DNA of 64,000 bases from Ruditapes philippinarum (Eukaryota), in assembly GCF_026571515.1 (NCBI RefSeq), contig NW_026853239.1, positions 1-64,000 of the forward strand, given 5' to 3'. The position numbers and the translations under genes are program-made. Each line of letters starts with the position of its first letter. Position 1 is the first letter of the stretch. The notes under the pieces are model-generated. The model had not been told where the DNA came from. It searched no databases and saw only the letters and a list, made by a program, of their open reading frames with translations. Positions 53,968 to 64,000 of this stretch are shown here, in pieces.

Positions 53968-54109
53968 AAGTGACAACGAACAAAGACCTCCGAGGAAACT
54001 TCCCTCGTCCGAGGAATGGGAGATGCCTCGAGCTATGACCATCGAGGAGTTTGAAACCAAACAAAACAAGAACAAAAATAAAAATAAGAACAAGAACAAA
54101 AACATTTAA
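53968..54109 (+). CDS. Possible terminal exon of gene B (SDNEQRPPRKLPSSEEWEMPRAMTIEEFETKQNKNKNK...*)
   Basis: Good acceptor cattgcag| and a GC-richer open frame to TAA at 54107-54109, but no strong phase-2 donor was found in the preceding exon. Confidence 0.4.
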
Positions 54110-54202
54110 ATGTGACAATCGCTGTTGAATAACGAAACATAACCACATTTTTAGGTTGGAACATAATTTTGATTTGTTATTTTAACATTTACGTTCGTGC
54201 GC

Positions 54203-55792
54203 TGTAACACCGCACTTTAGGGTTCAACGCACTTTGGGGTCCGACCCCAGAGTGCGTTACGTACTTTGGGGTCCGACCCCAGAGTGCGTTACGCACTTTG
54301 GGGTTCAATTTTGACCCCAAAGTGCGTTAAACAGGTACATGTGCATTTTTTAACATCAGACAAACGACCGCACTTTGGGGTCATAAAAAATGAAGTTTCA
54401 TTATGATTTAAATAATATATTGTAGTCATAACCAATAGTAAACAAAAATCAAGGTATTAAATAGACCCAAACATGTGCCCTGAATTATATTAGAATCAGT
54501 AGGGATTTAAATGATCTTGATCAGTAAGTGAAGAGCTTCCATCAAATAAAGAATTTGTATTAATTTATAAACTCAACATATATTTTTTCTCCAATTTTCC
54601 ATTTATTTTTAAGGAATGTACACTTTTCATTAACTCCATTGTTTTTAGCTAATTGCACCATTTTCCCGTTTTTTTTTAATTACACATTTTATAGAAATAT
54701 GATTTTAGATTTATATGGTTTTAGCATAGACAAAGGTATAAATTCTGGGAAATCTTAAAAAGACATCTCAGTAAAAAATGTGCCTGATAATATGTTGAAA
54801 GGGCCATTTATTTAGCTTGTCTAAATGTGACATATAAGAAACTTCACTAGGTGTAGATGCGGCCTTAAGTAGTAGTCCGTACAGGCAGTACTCAAAAATA
54901 TCATAAACTATTTAAGTAGCCACACATTAAGAGCGTAACTTCATAATAATGTAAAGTTCTCACTGGAGGGTCTAGAAGGGATGGTGGGGTGTCGACCCCC
55001 CCCCCCCCCCCCCTTCCCTCAAGATTACAAAAATAACGTTTTAAAGGCCCATTGTGCTTTTATTTGTTTTTCTTAAAAGCTTTTTTTTCAGGTACAAAGC
55101 ATTACATTTTTATTATACCATTATTTTAACATGATATAATTCATGTTTGCCCTTTCTAAAGAAGTATGTTAGATTTCCCATTAAAAAAACCTCTGGCGAA
55201 CGGTTGTTACAGATCGAGCTTACAAAAAAATATAAGTTTGTTGTTAAGCTTAATAATGTATTTGTAAAATCACTATTTATAGTCCGATCGATAAACTTGA
55301 TATTTCATCAGAACATTGTAATAGAGTTTATTTATAGTTCTTTGGAAATAATATTAACTGCATTTTATTTCATCCACATCTTATTTAAAATGACTCAATA
55401 TGGCACCAAAAGTTATGAAGGAAATGACTGACAGAACGGGAAGTATTTCGCAGCATCTTTTAATTTTAGGAATACATCCAAAATTTATGTACTAGAGTAC
55501 TTTGTTACATGAACACACATTTTAGATATTTCAAGTGGTAAAATTAATGAAACTTTTATCACTATGAAGTATCAAACAAAGTATCGACCGCCGTCTTGAA
55601 CTCCACCTAAAATATTTCATTGTCGCAGATCGAAAATAAGTCAGTACTCAGTATTGAAGCAGAACTCAGATGACACCTTCAGACCTCCGGAACCCAAAGT
55701 GCGTTGATATGTAGCATATTAACGCACTTTTGGGTTATTTTCTCAATTTTGACCCCAAAGTGCGTTGGACCCCAAAAGTGCGATGCGAAGTG
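54203..55792. mobile_element. ~1.6-kb non-autonomous DNA transposon with multiple CGCACTTTGGGG subterminal repeats
   Basis: Inverted ends CGCACTTT.GGGT.CAACGCACTTTGGGGTC and several internal copies in both orientations. Confidence 0.8.
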
Positions 55793-55809
55793 TAACGAAA
55801 CTATTGCCA

Positions 55810-56346
55810 TGAAATTATTTACATCCCCAAGTAGTCTTTAAGACATTTTCTAAAATAATTGACAATACATAGACAATATTTTTGGGCAGTAACAACTGGT
55901 TTTAATTCAATTGACATAGGTGTCATATTTATATATTTCCCGATGAAAAAAGAAAACAACAACAATAAAAAGTATTTCAAAGAAACAAAGTCATCTATTG
56001 AAGTTATACAGATAAAACACCAATACCAACACAATCGATTTTTTTTTGCAATGATTTGTTTTGTCTTTCGATGTCCTAATAAAATTTTCTGACGACTCAG
56101 GTTGTTTTTAAAATCACTTTTACAGTCAGGAGTCATATTTTATGGTGAACTTTAGCTTGAATTATCTTTACTTCGCGTTTATGTTTGTGGCTTTTTTTTA
56201 ATGAACATTTTCGCTTGTTCTTAAATTCGTGGTGTCCTTTAATGCAGAAGTAAAAACGCAAAAAAAGTAATGTAAATAATCGTTAGTAGATGGAATAAAA
56301 TGCTGTTGGATCTTAAGTTCGTTGATTGACCTATCCACCCCCTTAA
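55810..56346 (-). mobile_element. TE fragment, inverted homolog of 3870-4420
   Basis: Shared AGGTCAATCAACGA..GATCCAACAG..TTACTTCTGCATTAA..GACACCACGAATTTAAGAACAAGC..GAATTAAAACCAGT; ends CCCCCTTAA. Confidence 0.75.
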
Positions 56347-56880
56347 AAAAGCAAATAAAAACGTGCATCGCGAATTATAATCGTTTTGCAATATCAAAGA
56401 TTTGAATTAAATTTTCAAATAGTGATTTTTCAGAGTTATACTTATTTACATGTAAATTTGTCATTGATTTGTTTATTTATTTGTAATAATACATGTATCT
56501 ATTAATTTGTCAATGCTTTATTTATCAATAATTGCATTTGAAAATCGATGTGCATGTTTAATCTAATGAAATAAAACACACTAAAAATACAATGTTTCTT
56601 GTTATTCAAAATGTCATAAATGCATAATATTGCATCAAAGCCATGTTTATATACGCATTTTACAATTCGGTCTGCTTGAATAAAATATTTATACCGCACC
56701 CCGTTAATCTATTGAATTAATGCTTACAGAGTACCCGTTGTAAGATCGATATCGATTAGCTAAACGTGTACGTTAAATATACAAATGTATATTTCAAACT
56801 TGACTACCTTTTAAAAATGAAATCGGATAGCTTTTATGAACGTCAATATTGAAAAATTACTTCTATAAAGTGGGGGATAA

Positions 56881-59569
56881 ATGCCAGGTAATTTTCGTAT
56901 TATTCTCTCATTTTCTTCTCCTTCAATCTGTATTATGAATGAATTAACATTCATTATAAGGTTTAAAGTTTTACAAAATAAGTTTAAACGGTTAGATTCT
57001 CATATTTCAGTGGTTATATTTTAATGATTTTTATCAATTGAAATGTTTTTAAAGCAGTTGAATGTAAACCCTAAACACACTAAATATCTTAAATGGCCTC
57101 GTCTATCTTTCAGTCTGGACTAAACCATTCATCATTTTCAGGGATTTTTAATCAAAATATGTACCTACTGAATAGCTGCATTATCTAGTAACAAGAAAAT
57201 TTTATTAACAATTGTATATAATACGACATAAAAAAGTACAGGCATACGAAAAGGAGAATGGGTCATGCTCAACATATATTGTGTGTCTCAAATCAAGGGT
57301 TTCTTTAACATATATGGATAACTGAATTGTTTACATGAATTCTATTATTTTTTTCATTTCCTTTTGCTATATGTATATACATAGTTTGAATTTGAATTGA
57401 ATTAATTCATATTAACTATTTGTGGTCAACAATAATATGTAAACATTTTATATAGCATACTTGTGAGTGACTGTCAAGCTTTTTAGATAAAGAATTCTAG
57501 ACGAAACGATACTCTAGAAACTTCTCGACCTATATAGCCATTTATATCGTTATTTCTTCAATTAACTATATCTCAGTATATAACATACATAGACATGAGA
57601 AGAACAAATTCTAATAATACACGTTATCACAGAGGACAACTTTTAATTTTCAATAAAGGTTATTATTAAAACAAATAAAAGTCTATTCTTTTTGTGAACA
57701 TGTGTTTCATTCAAAATATGCATATATTTCTTATAGTTAGACCAAATTAAGGGCTATCTTAGTAAATGTACATATCTGGTGTGTTGTTTTTTTTACTGCA
57801 AGAATATATTATGAATAGCCTTATTTCATTGCAATTCTACTTATTAGAAGTCCTTGTACGGAAATTATTCCACGTCTTTAATTGTTTTCCTTTGTTAAGA
57901 AACATAAATATTTTTATTCATGTTATACATACATATTGAATTGTGATATCAAAATACATTATGATATCAACATAGAAATGAATTATGTTATCAAAATAAA
58001 TTATGATATCAAAATAAACGTGCACAATGCATCAACAAAGAAGTTTGGATGAATGACAAACAAGGTCCACTATCATTAGATCATTCCTGTATCAGTTTAG
58101 GTTTTAAGTATAATGACATAATAAAATACCATTTTTATGTTACTTTTACGTTGTATATACGCTCAATAATAACATATAATGACTATACATGTATATGTAA
58201 ATTATTTAGTAGCTGTCTCTGTGCTAATAGTAAATGCACTTTGTTTTGCATTGCATCTGGGATCCGTTATCCAAGATTATACATGTCTACCAAAATGAAA
58301 CCTATGTAGTTTTTGTATTTGGCTAAATGCGGTTAAAATGCTGTTACGTTTTGTTAACTATTCATCCTCCGACAAAATAAAACAAAAGTAAAGGCAAAAC
58401 TAATGATATTTTTTTTTTATATATTTACAGTATTTCATAGAACTAGAGAGATGGTCGTTTCGTCACGGCCTTATCCAGGTTTTAAAAAAGAAACCGCATC
58501 TGATTCTCCGAGACCATTGGCAAGAGTCAAACCCGAGGCAGAAGGTTTTGCCAATAAGGCTAGAGGGTCATTTGAGCTTAAATATGGAGCGAAAACAACC
58601 AGAACTCCAAAAGCGGAACCTAAATGTCAAGGAGATGCAGCAATGTCAAATTATCAAGCCGGTCGTGGGACAGTTGACAAATTGATAGGAGGACGTCCGA
58701 CACCACGGCTCAATCTGTCTCCACAAGCTGTTCCTAGAGTGAAGCCAGAAGCACAGGGCATAGCGCATGTCCATGCTGGGGGTAGAACAGCAGAACTTTT
58801 CCAGAAACAAGGGCGGCTTTCGTTATCTCCGCCACCTGCCCCACGTATCAAACCAGAAGCGGAGAAAGATGCTGAAAAGCACAAAGGTGATAGAATTAAT
58901 TGTATAGTTCACAGCCCGGACCGATTACCGAGCTCAGAACGCGCACCGCCTAGAGTCAAACCTGATGCGGAGAAAACTGCCGAGTTAGGCGCCGGTGTAA
59001 GAATGAAAAAGTACATACACAAGTATGCCACACCCTTGTCAACGCGTGCAATACCGAGGGTAAAACCTGAAGCCGAGGACATTGCAAAAAGTCACGAAGG
59101 AAAACGTGCGGCAAAGCTGTTAAATCAATATGGTCAGCAGACGCCATCCGATAGGCCTGCTCCACGTGTAAAACCGGAAGCTGAAGAAATCGCAGAACCA
59201 CACAAAGGAGGTCGAATGAAATGTCTTGTTCATAGTCCCAAACGATTGCCAAGTTCTGCACGCGCTGCACCAAGGGTAAAAGCTGACGGACAAGATAACG
59301 CTGAACTGAATAAAGGAAAACAAATTAATAGACTAATGCATGATTACGGTGCTCCGCCATCTTCTCGTCCGCATTCACGGGTCAGTGTAGACGGAGAAGA
59401 TAATTACCGGAAATCGCAAGGAACTATGGGAGTTTTAATGGGTAGTTATGGACAGTTACCGCTTTCCAGTAGAGGTGCTCCACGTGTTACTTCCGCTGGG
59501 AATGAAATAGCGCGAAAAAGCCAAGGTGTAAGAATGTCTTTTCTTATGCACGGTTGTCAACGCGGATGA
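56881..59569 (+). CDS. Basic tandem-repeat protein (~36-aa PRVKPEAE repeats), join(56881..56887,58431..59569) or start at ATG 58451
   Basis: 388-codon GC-richer ORF with an acceptor tttacag| at 58430. Upstream ATGCCAG|gtaatt gives in-frame MPVFHRTREM. About 10-11 repeats of S.R.APRVKPEAE.IA..H.G..M..L. AATAAA at ~60232. Confidence 0.8.
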
Positions 59570-60930
59570 ATTGATGATTAAAATTAATTATGTAATATAT
59601 TAATTGATCTAATCAATCACGACTGTCATTATTTATTGATCTAGGGAAACATATTCATATCTTAAATATTTCTCATACATGATTATGATTTTTCTTGATT
59701 TAGAGGCCTATATTATGCCCCAGACATGTTTCTGTTTTTTTAATTCTTAAAAGCTTTCAATATGTGTTGTCATTTTTTAGGTTTCCAAAAAGATTCTCAT
59801 CGGCCAAATACATGAACAATCATTTACTTCTGTAGCTGTTTGGCAATAAGTACATTTATAGTAGTTTAATATATTGTACGGAAGTAAAAATACTACTTTG
59901 TTTATATTTTGCTACATTATTTATTGACATATTATTTCACATTTAGCGCTACTATGGTCAGGTGCTAACCTCAGGTGATGCCCTTTCTAAAATCGTTATT
60001 TGAACATTATAAAACTCGTGTTTGCAGGCTTTCTAAAGAAGAAATATGTTACGTTTTTGGAGCGTAATGTGCTTTTAAAATAGAGCTTACGTTTTTGGAG
60101 CGTAATGTGCCTTTAATTATAATAGAGTGAAGCAACTATAAATGCATTTAGATTTGCCCTTCTTTTCTAAGATTTATTAGTTTCAACCACTAAAATTGCT
60201 TGCATGCATAATTTTTATTCACAGTATTACAAATAAAAACATTTAAAGAAAAACAGGAAGTAATTTTTGTTGATTTTGTGACAAAATATGTTACAGGTTA
60301 TTTTTAAAGATGTATTCACATTACGAAAAGAAAATACTGTCAATGTCAGTATCACAGATATATATACAATATGTCAATACATGTCAATATAAATCCAGTC
60401 TGTTTGATACGTTACCAAGGTATATGTTCGATTTTTCCCAAACTTTGGTGGTCAGTTTATAATCCTACTTTGTAACCATCAGTATTCTTTATACGTTATT
60501 TTAAATTGAGTTCATAAATACAAATGTAATTATCAAAAAAATCATTGAATTTGTAATAAGTTACCACCGAAATGGACCGACAGGTAAACAAATATAGAGC
60601 TGAGGAAAGTCGAGTGTCCAATGGTTAACACAAAACAGCTGGCAACAGCCAATCTATATAGTTACTGATAATATGAGGGTTATATTGTCAGTCTGTTTCC
60701 CTATACTGATACCAGATGTTTTGATTATAGAGCTCTATCAATCTGACATTAGTGTAGTGCAGAAATACACAGATCTATACTAGCTTGTTAAAAATACCCC
60801 AGACTGATAGTGTGTAGGTTTTGTAAATTATTCATCAGACGATTAGAAATCTGTTATTATTATGGATAAATATTACAGATTCACAATCTATCACAGTAAC
60901 CTTATGAAAAATGTGTGCATTGACAGTTAA

Positions 60931-61274
60931 AGGAACTCCACTGAGGCACAAACGCTTAAAACATAAAAAAATTTACATAGGTCAACTAGCTAAGTAACTT
61001 GAAAGGAAAAAATTTCCAAAACATAATTAAGAAAAAAATGAAAATCGTATTTTTGTGCTATTCTAAGCCCTATTTGAGTGAAAGTGTAGCACACTTTTCA
61101 ACTATGAACTTTTTTCACAATTACAATAATTATTACTGAAAAACGAAGAAAGAGATTGATCTGAAATTTTGCACACAAGTTATTGGTCTAGGCCTACATC
61201 CAATGGAACATTAATTTCGAAAAATAAATCCAGTTTCCAGTCCCGTTATATTATAAAACCTCAGTGGAGTCCCT
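60931..61274. mobile_element. Kolobok-like MITE, family 1
   Basis: TTAA TSD, TIR AGG(A/G)ACTCCACTGAGG. Confidence 0.9.
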
Positions 61275-61585
61275 TTAAGGAAATGTCTTAAAATTCATGC
61301 CTTTTCAATTGTCAAAACTAATAGACTTGCCATAACTGAATGAATAATATTATATATAAGACACGGCCAAGGACATTTTATCCATGAAACTATCCTTCAC
61401 AGAAAGATTCCTTATATCATACTGGCAACACACTAGTACTGACAACAAACTGATAAAATACTAATTTTGAACAACGTCATGCTGGAAACAAAATGGAATT
61501 ACACTGTCAGGTAATAATGTTAGAAACTAGCAAAACATATTGCTAATGAAATTGAAAAATTCAATGACAATACACTGGATTTTAA

Positions 61586-61924
61586 AGGAGCTCCACTGAG
61601 GTCAAAAAGTCCATGAAAGTCTAAAACATTGAGTTTGAATGTATACACATATCAGCTTGAGCAGTAAAGAAGAAAGATATGCAAAAGATAATTAAGACAT
61701 AAACTCAAAAATGAATTCGTCTTACCACTAGCCACCACTCCCCTTGCTAGGCCCTGCTCCCCTTAAATCATAGGTTATATTTCACAATTAGAATACTTAT
61801 TCTGGAAAAAAGGAGTGAGCAAATGGTCTGACAAGTTATTGGTCTAGACCTACATCAAATGAAACATTAATCTTGAAAAATTATTTCCAGTCCTGTCATT
61901 TTAAAAAACCTCAGCAGAGTCCCT
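61586..61924. mobile_element. Kolobok-like MITE, family 1
   Basis: TTAA TSD, degenerate TIRs, internal TTATTGGTCTAGACCTACATC. Confidence 0.85.
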
Positions 61925-62149
61925 TTAAAGTTGTCCTGTGCATTTACCCTGTTCCCTATCATTTCAACTGTAAGGTAGACCTAAACTATTTTTATTCATT
62001 AAACATAAAACTGTTAAAGGAAGTAATTGTAAAATTCATTTTGAATACGCATTTTATATTGTAATTTTTTTCTTTACAGGGTTTAATTAAAATCATAATA
62101 AGCCATGTGTTATATATACATGTACTTGTCCCTTTTGTTAAAGGAGAGG

Positions 62150-62335
62150 ACTACCATGATGCTTAGAATGTGAACGAGTTTAAAATAAAATTAGATAAAC
62201 ACTGGCAGTGACTTGACAATATTTATTAAATTGACCAATACAGGAGTAGACGACAAGAAAATAGAACTGAGTCTAGGGGAATGATAGTCCATGGAATGAG
62301 CTGTTGCAGCTCTTAGTTCAATTCCTTTCTGTTTC
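62150..62335 (+). mobile_element. 3' end relic of a CR1/L2-type LINE
   Basis: Translates DA*NVNEFKIKLDKHWQ*, resembling the C-terminal 'F K..LD..W' motif of CR1-group ORF2, followed by a 3' UTR-like tail. Confidence 0.5.
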
Positions 62336-63504
62336 AAATTGTATATTATTACATGTATAAGTATTAACATGTGTATATTATCTTAATTAAAAATATAAAC
62401 CAAATATTAAATAACTAGTTAAAATAAAAACTCAAATAAAAACCAATAAACATTTCTTTATCAATTTTATTCATTTCTATTCAATAAAGTTAAAAACAAT
62501 ATAAAGTAAAATGCTCAAAATTGGCTGAGACTAAAATTTACCCTAAATAAACTCCTATAATATCTACAATATTATTATATATATCCAAGAAATTATTGCA
62601 CTAAATAACTACGAACAATACAAACTGAGATAAAGCAAGATCTTAATATTTAATGTATAAAAGCAAAATCTTGGTTAAGTCAAAGAAAATAAAATAAAAA
62701 ATATTGATTATTATGTACAACAATGGGAAATAAAAGTAAAATAAATAATATTCATGTATATAAAGGTGGGCTGCACACTTTATGAGTTGAGCAAATAGAG
62801 CCCACTGAGATTATGATTGTTCATAATAAGAATAAAAACAAATACATATGTACCGTATTGTTTCCATTTAATGCCCCCAATTCCCTCTTATAAGCACCCC
62901 ATCCCCCCCTCCCCCACTGCATCATTTTGTGGAAAAATCTAAAAAATACCTTAGAGATTTATAATTCAATAGTGTTAGAGCACACCAAAGAATCCAATTG
63001 TTTTATTTAAAAAATTACAATTAATAACACTCAAATAATGTAAAATTATTTTAAAAAATCAAAAAATCTTGTAGTATAAAAAATTATTAGATCAAAATAA
63101 TGAATGAACAGTTTTGTAATTATAAGCTGTATCTTTAATTAACATATTCTAAAGCACATTTTTGAAGTTCTAATTACTGGCCCACTATTTGGAAAAATGC
63201 AAGCCTCCCGAGGATGTAACATGGAAACAATATGGTTTGTTCCTTACGATAATCATTGTATACATTAAAAGGAAATTCCTTCAGAGAAGTAAAATATATC
63301 TTCTCATAAGAATCATGTCACTTGGACACTTATGCTACTACTTCATTCTTATATCACAGTGGCATTATTATTTCATACATATGCATATTTCATAATCTTC
63401 ATGTGTTATATAGATTTAATACTATTATAACTTTTAAGAGAAAAAATATGTCTGACTAACCTATGACATAAGAAACTCTATTCATTGATGAAACAAGGAT
63501 TTCA

Positions 63505-64000
63505 AGTGTCACTGTGGCCTTGACCTAATGACCTAGGCAAGGTCCCTATCAAGTTTTACAAACTTAGTTAACATTATCATTATTGTGTGACAAGAACAGT
63601 ACACACAGTGTCAATGGCAGCTTGACTATTGACCTCAAAATGAAGAGTGATCCTCTACTGGCCTTTTTTAATGTTCTCCAACGTTAAACAAGTAATTGAT
63701 CAGAAAAGGATATTACATAAAATTTCACTGAGACCTTGACCTTTGACCTAATGACCTTGAGAACAATCAAGGGTATCTAGGGGTCATAGACACTACCCAC
63801 CAAGTTTCATCAACTCAGGCTTATTTAACTTCTCAAATTATTGAACAGACAATGATATTACACATGGTGACCTTGACCTTTAACCTTTTAAACTACAGGG
63901 GTCATATATTGGCCATGGACACTTGTACATACCAAGTTTTATAAACAAAGACTTCTGTCTTCTCAATTTACTGAACAGACAAAGATTTAACACCAAGTAT
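63505..64000 (+). repeat. Degenerate HINE core repeats (GTGACCTTGACCTTTGACC)
   Basis: Recurrent TGACCTTGACCT / CCAAGTTT motifs at ~110-150 bp spacing. Confidence 0.6.

Overview
AT-rich, intron-rich eukaryotic DNA; the repeat types (pearl/HINE-like elements, tRNA-derived SINEs, TTAA MITEs) and the coiled-coil fibrinogen-related gene suggest a bivalve mollusc (inference). Most short ORFs in the track are noise. Main content: (1) two divergently transcribed, anciently duplicated multi-exon paralogs (gene A, minus, ~6032-23180; gene B, plus, ~30794-53346/54109). I reconstructed both exon by exon. Each encodes coiled coil + low-complexity linker + VWA domain (MIDAS motif) + two MIB/HERC2 domains, with no RING/HECT seen. 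(2) In one intron of gene B, an antisense, intronless, 3'-truncated fibrinogen-related (FReD) sequence lies between the two halves of a TTAA-flanked Kolobok-like MITE, a possible gene-carrying ('Pack') transposon. (3) In the preceding intron, a decayed PIF/Harbinger transposon is inserted at TAA inside a MITE whose empty form is also in the window. (4) A gene for a basic protein of ~36-aa PRVKPEAE repeats (58431-59569). (5) Many SINEs, MITEs, HINE-type tandem arrays, mini/microsatellites, a 327-nt N gap, and an error-rich first ~6 kb.
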